Assembly (NCBI GenBank): GCA_002633005.1
Contig: NMRA01000384.1
Coordinates: 163,504 to 227,503, forward strand
Length of the DNA stretch: 64,000 nucleotides
Reading direction: 5' to 3'
Origin: Phoronis australis
Lineage: Eukaryota > Animalia > Phoronida
Shown here piece after piece: positions 1 through 12,700 of this stretch (its first letter is position 1; each line of letters starts with the position of its first letter). Below the pieces are notes generated by a model, which was given only the letters and a program-made list of their open reading frames with translations, had not been told where the DNA came from and made no database searches. The position numbers were made by a program, and so were the translations under genes.

Positions 1-1569
1 CCTGAGGATAGAAATTCAATGTTGATCTTCACTTGTTGGTAACTGCTGTAAGTGCTCTGTCCTAATTAGGTGGCATCTTGACAGAAACATGCAGAAGATA
101 TTAATGTTTCATGATGGTAGTTTCAGTTTGAATACCCCTATGCCAGATTACATCACCACTACTAGTTAACCAAAGTCCTGTTTTAATGCTGACTTGGCAT
201 TGGTTGGCTGATCTTGGTAGAGTTCAATAGATGTCGAGGCAAGAAAATCTAGTCAAAATCATGTGCCATCACTGATAAAGCACCGTTCACGAAATCTCGA
301 TAGACCTAATGTTCTGCTAGCAGGACACTAAAGTCATTGACATTTCTCAGGCTCACCATGACAAGTTTATTCTCCCGAGTGATCTATTTAACTATAATTG
401 TAATATCTCACCAACTTTAGACGCAATATTGCGGACAAGTGAAATTTTGTTTTCATATTTTTTTCATTCAAGGTATGTAGCATGAAAATAACACTTTACC
501 GCATTCGAGTTCTGTACCCTAGCTACCTTGCGAAAATAATTTGAAAAAATGGGGAGATTCCCAACAATGTTAGAGGGGATTACCACAATACGTCTATACC
601 GTCTACCAGTCTACCCTGTACTACTCAAATGAAAACAGTTGCAGTTCTTCATTTCAAATGTTCAAATGTACATCCCATCTGGATCACTGCTGTTGGATGA
701 GCCATCTATGGCAGGTGTATTGTGTGATAGTACTGATACTTCAGGTGTGCACTGTTGTCTTAGACTAAACACAGTGTTCTACTGTCAAGATAAATATAAA
801 ACTGCCTAAGAAAGAATTGATTCCCACCCCTTTGGGTTTGTTAGGTAAATAGCCTAACCTAACCATTACACTACAGTACACCCAACCTGGATGGCTAAAG
901 ATGAATTGCCAATACTGCAGCTGTAGGGATAAATCACTGGTTTGTTTAACTGACGTGGTGATAAAACTGATATGGCTAAGCTCTCCTTGACAATGAGGTT
1001 GAAGGCTACAAAAATACTCTGCTACATTGATCATACTCACTGGCTCTGAGATTTTCCTCAATAATACTCCACACAAGGTCCGCCTGACTGCTCAGTAGCC
1101 TAATAAAGCAGAATAGCAGAAGCTGGTCTATGACCTCTAGGTGAGCTGTGACCTAGTTCTGTTTCCCTGACCAGTGCCCATAACTTTAGATTCACTGAGC
1201 ACAGTGTGATGATGACAAACACTATGGCATTACCAAGTGCATCTGTAATAGGTTTGATGAAATGTCCACTTTGATTTTGCACACCATATCTTATTGGAAT
1301 TATGGCATGAATAAGGAATGAATAGGCTGCATGAGGAAACATTTAATCAGCAGACTCTTTTAATCACTTATGGATTATCTCTTATTAAGCTGTCGATTAT
1401 TTGTCCAGGAAGCTTGTCAAATCTCATTTTTAATGAAAGTTGATGATAAAGATCAATTGTTTTTAAGGTATATTTTTGAATTACTAATTTCCCTTTAAGT
1501 GGAAGAAATCATCACCTGTTTTTAGGTACTAAGTATTTTTTTGGTTTTACTTGGTACTATTATCTCATT

Positions 1570-2210
1570 AGCTAAAAGCAATTCTTGGCCCATAGAGCTG
1601 CCAGGGCTATCCTGGGAACTAGAACTAGGGACACCCGGGTCGTCGACTTATACTCCAAGATTGGACTTATGAAAGTAAAACAAAGAAATAAATATCTCAA
1701 TGGCTTGGTTCCAACATATCTCAGCCGCAAATTCAGTAGCAGTCAAGCTATATACTCTACATGTTCTTCGGTTGCTGGTAATGTTCTTTCAAAAAATTGA
1801 AACCAAGACCGGCAATAGATCTTTTATTGATGTTGCTGCTGCTGCAATATGGAACTCTCTTAGCTCAGAAATTAAATGATCCGATTTAATTAATACTTTC
1901 AAACTTAATATTAAAAAGTGGCTGTAATTTACTGAACCATTCTTACATCTTACCTGTCTTAATTATGTCATTTTTCATTACTGTAAATACTCTCATTATT
2001 TAGTATCATCTCTATTTGTTTGATCTCGTGTCATTTATTTATCTAAATTCTAAACCTGTTTCATTGTTACATGTATTTAATTATTGTTTTGCTACTTTAT
2101 TGTATTATATTACTGTTTTGTATTTCGTTGTTGAGGGCCCTCTTGGAAAGCAGTGCTTGCACTGAAGAGGCCACCCTCATTTTAAATATTACAATAAATA
2201 AATAAATAAA
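1570..2210 (+). mobile_element. 3' fragment of CR1/L2-group LINE
   Basis: HRAARAILG...YLNGLVPTYLSRKF resembles the ORF2 C-terminus; 3' stem-loop cagtgc-tt-gcactg, then an (AAAT)n tail. Confidence 0.7.
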
Positions 2211-2212
2211 TT

Positions 2213-3397
2213 AATGAAAGCACTCCGTGGAGCGAAACTTGGCGAAATTAACCAAAAAGATGACGATAAAGATGATGACAAAGATGACGAATATGACGAT
2301 GATGGTGGCGAGGATGAACAAAAGAAGTAATAATAACATACGGATGACGAACGTAGAAGTCCGAAATCAGTAAGAAAAAGGCTACAGTCTTGAGCGACAC
2401 TTGGCGAAATTAACGGAAAAGACAACGACGGAGATGATGACAAAGATGATGACGATGATTACCATGATGACGAATATGACGATGGTGGTGGCGATGATGA
2501 ACAACATCACAACATTCATATGACGAACTTAAATGTCATAAATCAATAAGAAATAGGCTACAGTCTAGTTCAATAGAAGATAAACCAACATCAATGCAGC
2601 AAAAGCGCTCAACAAAGGAACAGCGTTATCAGAAAATCTCAAATAACTCAAAAAGTGGACGTCCTAGCGAAAAATGGAAAACATCTTCTGAAAGACCGTT
2701 CAAAATTCTATCTAAACTGATGGTATCGCCTAATTCCTTAAATTTTTCGAAAAAAATAAATAGTCTGAGAAAAAATTGTTGCAGGCCATTTGAAAGAATA
2801 TATTTTAAAGAATCCACATGCAAAAAATCACGTCTTTTTCTCTTCCCGTTTAAAATCGCACTCCAGCACAACTGAAAATGGGTCAACATGCGCCAGATCC
2901 GCCATCTTGAAAGCAACTTACGGTTTTTTGGCTTTGTATAATAGCATGTCATAAGAAAGTAATTCCTGTAAAATTTCAAAGGCATTGGTCTCATAATGCG
3001 CCCTCTACAGGAGAAAACATTTTTAGGCCAAAATCGAGGTGTGCATGCGCAATCGCCGATATTTCCACCATCTTTAACCGGAAGTAAACAATTTCTGGTA
3101 TACTTATAGCAAACTTCCGGTCCATTTACTGTGTCGATTGTTAGCGTTTTACGTAAGAAATTGTAGCCTCCAGAAGCATTTGAACCTTTAAATGAAAACA
3201 AAATGGCCGCCACAGCCGCCATCTTGGATCCGATTTTGACGAAAAACAATAGGCTTCCAGTACTTCCGGAACTACGTGTTATGTGTAAATTTCGTGATGA
3301 TCGGACGAAAATTGCGACCTGTATCGTGCGAACAGACAAAAAAAAAACTTAGTGGAAGAGCAACATACTTGGCGAAATTTATTTCGCCAAGTAATAA
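2213..3397. mobile_element. Non-autonomous interspersed repeat (Helentron/HINE-like), copy 1
   Basis: Internal (GAT/GAC)n microsatellite subunits, terminal hairpin tacttggcgaaat-tt-atttcgccaagta (3366-3393), aaaatggccgcc motifs; an inverted copy lies at about 30455-32093. The family call is tentative. Confidence 0.6.
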
Positions 3398-6300
3398 AAA
3401 CTTTGATTTTACATGGAAACTGATGACCCTCACTAAAATTAAATCACGTCCAACAAGTCATCTTCTCGAGCTCAAGGTGCAAAGATGATGCTGTGGACAT
3501 CTTGGCACTGTTGTGACAACTTGTTAACCATTCCAGATAAGGCATGTAGCACCCACTCATGTTTCACCAGTGGTGCCACCCGGTGGGGACAAGCGCTACT
3601 AAGCATTAGCCAAATTTCAGCATGAAGAATAAATCTGGTTTGCATAAACTCGTTGATTCGATATTGACTTGCGTATTATTAATAAAGTTAACACACTTAG
3701 CAAGGGAGGTCACAAAGTCTGTTCAAGAAGAGGTTAAACGTGGACACTAAGCATTGCTATGTCACCCCTACCTACCCTTCAGTGGAAGCTTGGTCTGTGG
3801 TTACTTACTCCAGCAGGCAATGTGAACCCTTGGGGGTATAGCCTCACACAACTGTCTTCACCAAGCCTCTAGGTGTGTCTGTTCGCAGATAAATATCCCA
3901 TGCCTTGATCACCCTACCCTGATGGTTTCTATCAGATAGGACCTACCAATATCAATATGTCTATTATTCCTAGGATAGGACATACCCTTTTATCTGTTGT
4001 TAATGCCTGGTAATTACAATCTTGCACAGCAACCGTGGTCATCAACCCCAAACATCTCCCTTGTTACTAAGAACTAGCATTATTGCACAGATAAAATGCT
4101 TGTGTGAATGTTATGCAGCCATAAGAGCCATGCAGCTACAAGGCAAAAGTATTCAGACAAAATAACCTTGAATATTCCTAGTCGTAGCGGCTTGACTGAG
4201 GCCAAGTTCATCTTCGAAATAGTCTTCCTGTATCTTGGAGAGTGAAGGGAGTTGGGTGGTGGTGGCATTTCTCCGCTTAAATTTTGTACGAAATTAACTC
4301 CCAACATTGTCATTTGTTGACTGCCTGGTACCTTGCTGCAAATGGTGGAAAATTGTCTACTATTGTTTTATGGTATCTACACAGCACAATCCATGATAGA
4401 GGTAGCAAATTAAACTCATCTTTTTATTTGACAAAATTGAATTTTACTTATCAGACATGTTGTGGGTTAAATTTGGGGAGAGTTACCATAGCCTTTCTGT
4501 AGTTAAAATTTTGTCACCCTAATAATTACCTATTGAACAGGCTGGGCCATCATGACGGAAAAGGATATTGTGCCTGACCATTTTTTGACTTGAACTGTGT
4601 GTAAATTTCTATCCACTGGCAATGTCCTACCTGTTGTTGCCTTGAAGTAGTCATTCAGTTGCTTCTTTCATTCAAACTACAGTGTAGTCCCCTGTTGCAC
4701 AGAACACACTGAAATTTGGGAGTGCCCTAACTTAAAGTCTTTTCATGCCAGTGAATGAAGGCACTGAATTAAATCCATTTTACCCTCTCTTGATTGTATG
4801 CCTCTGTATTGTGAATGGCCCTCAGATGTAGGCAGCTGGACTGTTATGAAAAGCTTGTTCTGTGGCCAGGATTGGGTATTGTATTTCCATGTTGGTAGTT
4901 AACAGTGACCACAAGGGAGATCACTTAAAGGGATGCTGAACCCTGCCTTGATAAATTAAACCAATCCTTGATCTGTCACATGCTGATGCACTTATGGTGT
5001 CAATCTTGGAATATAAAGCCTGTCTTGCTTCAATAACGAACGGAAATTTATCAACTTAACAATCACATGGGACCTTCTGATGATGCTGAACAAAATTTTC
5101 TGACGTCATCTCCCTAGTTGTGACAGCTTATTTCAGTATGTTGCTCCTGTATTGGAAAATGATTGTTAAAGTTTTTTTTCCTCTAATTTATCGCTGTAAT
5201 GCCATACCATGTATGATGGTTGTCAAAGACTCATCTAGGATTTGAAAAGGGGCCAAATGCGTGAGATTGACACTACCTTGGCATGGATTCCATATAAGGT
5301 CACCCTGACATCACTTAGACAAGGAGGAATTTCCCCCAAAAACATGGCTGTCAGCATTTCCCTATTATCAGTGTGACATCGATTGTCAAAATAGACGGTA
5401 ATAATCTGACATCTTGGTAAAATCTCACCAATTTCCAAAAAATCATTACCAAAGTTACACTTATTGTATTCTCTTCAGGAATGGGGGGGGGGGCGCTTAT
5501 TATAGCCCAAAAGTGGTTGAAACTCGGTCTCCGAAACAGATGAAATCGTGATCTTAAATTCATCAAATTTACACTCTGTGATGCATCTGTAACCTATGAC
5601 AGAGTTTCTACAAAATTGTAGTGCATTGCTATCAAACTTAATTGTTAAATAAAGAGCACTTTTCAGAAAATCCCAGTACGAAAACTCGCCGACTGATGCG
5701 TCGCCGATAGGTCAAGTTGAATTCTTGAGTGAAAATATAGTTACAACTCAACAAAATACCTGAAGTCCGTAAGTTTTCAAAATAGTGTCCCTAAGATTTT
5801 TAAGTTACTGTGGAGTTGGGATTAACTGCATATTAAATCCAAATCTGCGCTAGATCGTACTCCACTACACGTGAAAAATCTCTGGACGAACACACATATT
5901 GTTGTCACGTGATATTTGTTTTGAAGTTCGTCGGCGTATTGTGTGAGTGAGCGAGCGCGTGCGTGTCATCAGAGTTCATTTGCCAGAGAAAACGCAATGT
6001 AACGATCTAGGAGTGCATTGTAACTAAAGAAATTAACACAAGCAGTAAAGCACATGTTTTATTTAGCACTTGTTGATCTCATCTGCTAAGAAACATTTGA
6101 GAATTGTCTCGGTAAGGCCGATGTCATTGAGTCGCCGGGTGACTGGATGCGTAATAGTCTAACAGTTATTTTTTGGGGAATTCGAGAGGTGTAAGGCTGC
6201 GGAAGTGTTCACTTTCAGTGGGTAATTTTGCCTCGAGAAACACCAATTACGACTAATTTAATAATTCCCCCTTAAAAATAGCACAAACGTTTTTTACGGT

Positions 6301-6449
6301 ATTTGAAACTTTCAGAAATAAGTGCCAGTACTTATTTCTTGTCGTTGCTGTGCTACCCGTTTCATGAATAGATAGTTCCGGAAGACTAATCTTCGATTAC
6401 GGTGCATGTAGCACGCGCTTCCTGGCCACGTGCTTTTAATTGAACAAAG

Positions 6450-6882
6450 GTCAAGTTTTTATTAGTCTTTGATTAGCGGTTTTCACGTGTACAAAGAAAT
6501 TTGGATTCCTGTTAAGGGAGAAGATCTGTACGGGAAAGATACAATACAATCTCTTTGCCAAGTACACTGCGTCTGCCCAGAAAGGCCAGACCATAATAGG
6601 ACATTTCCCTCGCAAGATCAGCAAAATTTGCGTGTTTTTTTTAAGCAAGGCAGAAGTTTGAAGTGTATAGTCACGGCTAAATATTGACATAGCAGCTAGG
6701 CTCATCTGCAAATTGCGAGCACAATGATTTTTTCAGGACTGTCAGCTCTTATTGGTAAATTGAAGACGTTACTGTAGAATTTTAGAACTTTAGGTAAGGC
6801 ATTTTTCACATGTACATGGCGTTCATTGACTGGGCGCTTATTTTAGCAAAGTCTGAAAACGCTTATTAGGGCGAATATGGTA
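6450..6882 (+). mobile_element. DNA transposon remnant with HIRAN-like coding fragment
   Basis: ISGFHVYKEIWIPVKGEDL...FFKQGRSLKCIVT resembles the GxHVYKxxWxP...G.L HIRAN-like ORFs of invertebrate transposons; right end gcttattagggcgaatatggta looks like a pogo/Tc1-type terminus. Confidence 0.5.
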
Positions 6883-9564
6883 TTTCATTTTTCAAGAGCA
6901 CTAATCTAATCCAGTTGCGAATGCTTACAATTTTTCAAAATATTGTCTGTTGGTAGACATACGGACCTTGGATTTGGTAATACAGCATTTTGGTACTAGT
7001 ATATATTATTTATTAAAAACTAAAAAAATGAAATTTCACAGTTCTGCCACATTACATCTTAAACTGCTTGGATTTCACTTTAATGACATAAGTCTATTAT
7101 AAGTGGAGTCTATTCTATATTTAATTGGAATTTCATGGGACAGTAAGTACAGGTAATAAATTTTCAATTCATTACTTGTTTGACATTTTGATTTGATCAT
7201 GGTGTTGGCCACCTTTTGTAACCGAGTATCTTGTTCATTGAAAATTGGGACAGATAAATTGTTATGTGCGCAATGGTTTCTGACAGATTTGTGAGGTTTT
7301 TATCAGTCTTTTTGTATATCGGCTTACGTCTATGAAGAAAACGATGAGAGGAAATGGTTTGTTTACGTCTCGGGGTTTAGATTAGTAAATGTTTGATGTT
7401 TACATTTGTTCAGGACCCGAATTTGGCAAATCAGGTGGTAAAAAATTAAGTTAAATCAAATGTTTAGTGTGTGATACATTGAAAAGGATCATGATCTTTG
7501 ATGATACAGGCACGAACAATCCCAAAATTTACCTATCGTGGGTTTAGGACTGAGATTAGAAGCATAGCCATGAAATTGTTTCTATTCCCTGACATAAATT
7601 ACATAGGCAGAATTGAATTTCATTATTTGGAAGATTGTTCATAACATTATAGGGGGGTGCAACTGCTTATGATGTTACAACATTTAAATAATTTATTACA
7701 AATTTCTGGTTATCTTGGAGGTGCATTGTTCTGTGTTAATAGTTCCCCTGGTGAGTATTTACCGTACTATTTATGGAACCATAGATTGTGGTGTGGAGGG
7801 AGCTGTGAAAGACCTGCACTTAAGCTCTGCTTTCACTTAAGCGATTAAATAAAATGTCCCACTCCTACTGAACACAGTCTACGCCACTCATTGGTGTTAC
7901 AGCTTCTGGTGTTAGGTTTCCACATAGTGGGACGTTTATTCAGAAAATGTCCTCTTAAAACCACAATCAATGTCAACTTTTAGTCTCAAATTTACTAATT
8001 TGTGTAACATTTATCATTTATAAAAATGAACAAAGTATTGGCGAACTATGCATTTGTTAAAATACAGTTTTGAGTGACCAATCTAACTGTAAGGAGGAGG
8101 CAGTGTGGCCTGGGGAATAAGTGTCCACACTTCCTTTACTCAAGTTTGAGGTCTCCAGTCCCACTGGGGCACACTGCTAGACCCATGAGTCGGGTCTGTA
8201 GTTCCTCTGCTTCAGGTGATCTGTGCAATCATACCCATCTGAGCAGCCGGCACATGTCTGGTACAATCTGTTCCGCACTGCGTGAAGTTACTTTTTGAAT
8301 CTAACTGTCTATGGCGTCATCGCACTCGCAAAATACTGTTAAGGATCTTCACCTTAAATAAATTCCGTTTGTGGACCACTATGCGTATTAATAGTTCTAT
8401 TGATAGCAGTTTTGTGCGGTCAGAAATGACATGCTTCAAAGTACAATCAATTAAGAACGAAGCGATTCACTAAGCCAAAAAATAACACCTATGGGTTCCA
8501 TTCTGACCACAGTATAACCGTAGAAAACAAGAAGCGTCTTCCTACCTTATATATCTTACGACTCAATCTGTATGGCACCTGGCAAATGTAAATCAAAACG
8601 TCTAATACTCGCCATCCAGTGAAACTCGAGTGAAACTCGATGTCCCTGAAGGTGGTCGTATGACAAGAAAAGCTCTCAATATAGCCTTTGAACAAGATGA
8701 AAGGTTCATAATTACTCTTATATCGGTGCACCTGGGGGAATTATGATCTACATCAGTTTATAGAGTGTACTTTTATAGCCATATTTTAGAACTTTTAATT
8801 TAAAACTATTTCTGCTAATGAAGAGTTAGTCCCAGTTGTCCCAACATAATAGTCATTTGACCTGGTTAGTGCCGTTAGTCTTATTTTTATAATCGAAAAA
8901 TCCAGTGTTGATCAGGTATTGACTACCAGTTTCCATGGTTTCAGTGGAGTGTTGGTATTGATTATTATGAGAACACCATGTTATGTACGTAAGTGTTATT
9001 TCCGCTGCTAGATGGCAGCAGTGTTCAGCTGGAACAAAGCTGAGAAAAGATGGACTTTTCAGGCTGGCAATGAAGGCAATTACGTATAGCTTTGAAATTC
9101 TGTAGAAAATGATTTGAAAATTTAGAAAAAAGTCCACATTTTTGTCCAAGGCAAATGTGACCTACAGATAGTTAGTAACAAATAAAAAAATCTTGTAATG
9201 GAGTCAATGGTATTTTAATGTGATGTTATTGTGATGTTAATGTGATGTTATTGTGATGAAAGTACTTTTATCAAACCCATTTTTGTAACTGAACTAAAGC
9301 ATAAATGTGTTGCTCTAAATAGATTCAGCCAATCGTCAACCTGATTTGATTTTGAAGAAAGTGTTTTTGTAAACTAAATATAAGTATGTACAAAAGATTA
9401 GATTTTGATTGTCTCCTATTCATGTTTAGTCCAGTGATTAAATTTTCTCGTCACGATGTTAAATTGGACGTTTTCTTCCTGGTATATTTGTTGGATTACT
9501 TCCTGACTGCAGAGTGCTGCCATCAGTAGGATAAATGAAAAATTATCCTGCTTCGCTTTCTCAG

Positions 9565-9768
9565 GTGACCGTTGCCAAGGCGACGTTTACGAATGCCACA
9601 GCAATCCGTGCCAAAATGACGGCATGTGTGAGGAGTACACGGACGGTCGTCAAGGTTACCGATGTGTATGCCCAGATACCCGTGCTGGCGATCATTGTGA
9701 ACTGCTCAGAACAAGCTGTATGAGCAACCCGTGTCAGAACGGAGCTACGTGTGAGAACAGCATAGCAG
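9565..9768 (+). CDS. crb: Crumbs-like exon, EGF repeats
   Basis: tcag|GT GAC CGT TGC ... GCA G|gtagg; 204 nt, phase 1-1; [22 protein letters not shown]...[17 protein letters not shown]. Confidence 0.9.
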
Positions 9769-12700
9769 GTAGGATTGACGAGAAATTTGTTTTTATTGGC
9801 AGTTAGTAGCACCAAATAAATTATGCTAATTAGCATTTCTATGTTCTAAATGCCATAGGTGCCTCCAGACAAGATTTTGAGAAACTGTGTATTTTCGCAA
9901 CAGTGCTATAAGCTCTTTAACACTGAAAAGGACAATTATTTTTGCTTTAACATTATTTAGTTCACAGTAATAGCAATGAACTCTCCTGTTTCACGGAGGT
10001 AGAAAAAAATGAATTGTATGGTTGATCCGGTTTTCAAAATATCAAGAAGTTCTGTATTTAGTTGAGTAGGACAGTTCCCATCTGCTGTGGAATTTTAAAG
10101 TTCCTGTGGAAGCGTCATGCTTTTGTTTTTGTTGTGGAAATGTTTTCAAATGTAATTTTTTTGATTGCGTCGGAAAAGTCATGATTGAAATCTTTATGTT
10201 TGTCTCGTACTTTGTGAACCATGTGTGTGTTGACACTGGAATGAGTTAGATAATCAAGTATATTGATTTGTTCATGTTTTCCAAGTGAGTGATGTGTTGT
10301 AGTGTAAGTTAAGGATACAATAAATGTGTACTGAATTGAAGAAACCCTTTTTTAAAAAACTAAGTGTGCGTGCTTCCCAACATAGCAGAGGAAGTGGGAC
10401 AAAATCTTCATGTTGTTACTTAACCTTGTCTAGGTCTATAGCACTGTGTGTAAAAACAGCATGTGGTCTCACACACCTGCTATACAATGACAGGGTAGAG
10501 TTCAATAACACAAGGACCCCGCTAGGACCTTCATAGAAAAGCAAGACTGCAATATTACATGAGATATTGCCATGTATTTTAAGTGAGAACATAGGATTTT
10601 GGCTAGATTTTTCTCGCCGCGAGACAAATGCTGAACTCTATCCAGGTTAGCACTGGTATGTCAAGAGAAGTTGGTCAAAAATCCACCTGGCTTCTGATCT
10701 TGCAAAAAGTCTATTTCTCATGGGAGAGAGGTCATGGAATTTTCTCTTGGAAACCATGGAAACGCGGAGACAGTCATGGACTCCTGTTGTCAAAAGTCGG
10801 CGTAAGCCTCGTCTGTTGATCTTTTGGTGCCTCCATGAGAACTCCTCATACAATGTAGTGAAACTAAGCCAGGATAAGTATGGCAGATGTAACTTTTAAT
10901 TTGTAATGATAATGTCAGACACTTCTACATGCGAAGTTAGCCTGACACATGTGAGGCATTGTGGGTAAATAGCGTGGAACAAGGAGTGGCGCTGTGGTAT
11001 TTTTGGATGGACTTATTGCACAAAACTACAAGAAATAACATGGTATTTACTTACGGTTTATACAGATTTCCAAAATTTTTAACGACAGTACAATCTACTT
11101 AAAGTAATGAAAATTTTAAGATGGAGAGAATTTGTGATTTTATTTTATACAGTCTAAGTGTCAATTTTAACTTAAGAGTTGTTGTTTTCAGGTTTCACCT
11201 GTATCTGTCCCACTGGTTGGACAGGTGATCACTGTCAGTTGGACGTCGATGAATGCCGTCCCACAAACCCTTGTCAAAATGGCGGTTTCTGCGCTAATGT
11301 CATGGGTGGGTTTCGTTGCATCTGCGGCCCGTTCTGGTCGGGTCCACGCTGTGAGGCCGATGTGCTCGAGTGTTCAGCCAACCCGTGCAAGTCGGGCGGC
11401 ACGTGCCTTGAGCAGGCTGGAGCAGACTACAGATGTCGCTGTAGACAAGGTCAGTCATTTTGAGAAAAGAGGAACTTTTAGCAGTGAAGTTAAGGCTCTC
11501 TATTAGAATAGTGAGCGTTGATATGTCACGGACTTGATAGCAAAAGTAACAACTATTAGTGAAAGCAGTATTTCTAAATTCTTTAAACTACTATTACTCC
11601 GCCTTTCTTCACAAACCTCATTCATTTAGTCCCTGTTACCATTATGAAATTTGTCTCAAGTTCTTCCTTAGTGAAAGTTGGAGTTGATTTCACTACTTTA
11701 AAAGAAGTGACAATTTGTCAGTACTTAAGACCAGGCTCTACAAGTTAGCTTGTCAAGGCGTGTCATTTTATACACGGAGCAAGGTCTCAAGAACTGCCAG
11801 TTGTTTGCAAACTCTGCGTCTGTTCTGAGTTACAAACGAGTCAAGACCTGTTTTATAGCCGCGGTACTGTGGTCTAAATTTTGCTTCTTGCATGGAATGT
11901 GAGTTTACAGTGCTACAAAGCTTGTCAATGTGTTGTGTCATGGCCTTCATGAACAAACAAATGCTTTTCCATCAATTTCAGTTTTAAACATCCATGTTTG
12001 GTAATAATCTATCAATTCTCAATGTACTGTACGCATGAGAGTTAATGCCCACATGTGGACTGCGGCAAACTTGCCTTGTTTTTTTTAATTTTCTCTAAAC
12101 ATTCATGTTTGGCTTTATACCAAACCCCAGTTGATAGGATAGTAGACTTCCTTGAAAGCTGCCAATATCTCTGTCAACACCCGTAGAGAATCTGATTCTC
12201 CACAATAATGGAAAACAGAAAACTGGCTTGTGAAGTGGAAGTATAGGTTTTGAACTAAATTCACATATTTCAGTAGGGTATGTCATAATTCCAACCTTTT
12301 TTTACGTTTAGTTACTTGGAAAACTTTGTTGGCACAACTTCTCATGTCTAATATGTGGAGACATGAACAGGAAAACCTAGATGCACTTTTATTAAATATG
12401 ACACTCTGTATAGACGTAATTGTTAGGTCATAGAACTTTTTAAAAAATGGGATCAACTACATTTTTTATTAATACAGAAATGTGCTGAGAAAACGTACAT
12501 GACATAAAATTTTTAAAGAATCATGAATAAACAAAATGAATTTGCTTGGCTTTTAGTAGGTGCGCTCTTATTTATGGAACATATTGACGATCTATTCAAA
12601 ATAAGTTATTGAAATCCACACATTTTACTTCCATAGTGAGAGCGCCCCACCTAGTTTTAAATAACAAGGGCATGCCTTTTAAGGTTACGGAGGACCCTGG

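Noticed and set aside
2189-3339. Ser-rich and 236-aa ORFs (and His-rich ORF 31615-31950)
   Set aside because: They are translations of a microsatellite-containing repeat, and the frames are not preserved between the two copies.
7721-7750. Possible upstream Crumbs micro-exon (…FCVNSSP G|gtgagt would give C-x8-C with the next exon)
   Set aside because: The donor and phase fit, but the preceding C-x-C cysteine is missing and the acceptor (gag) is weak. It cannot be supported without RNA-seq.
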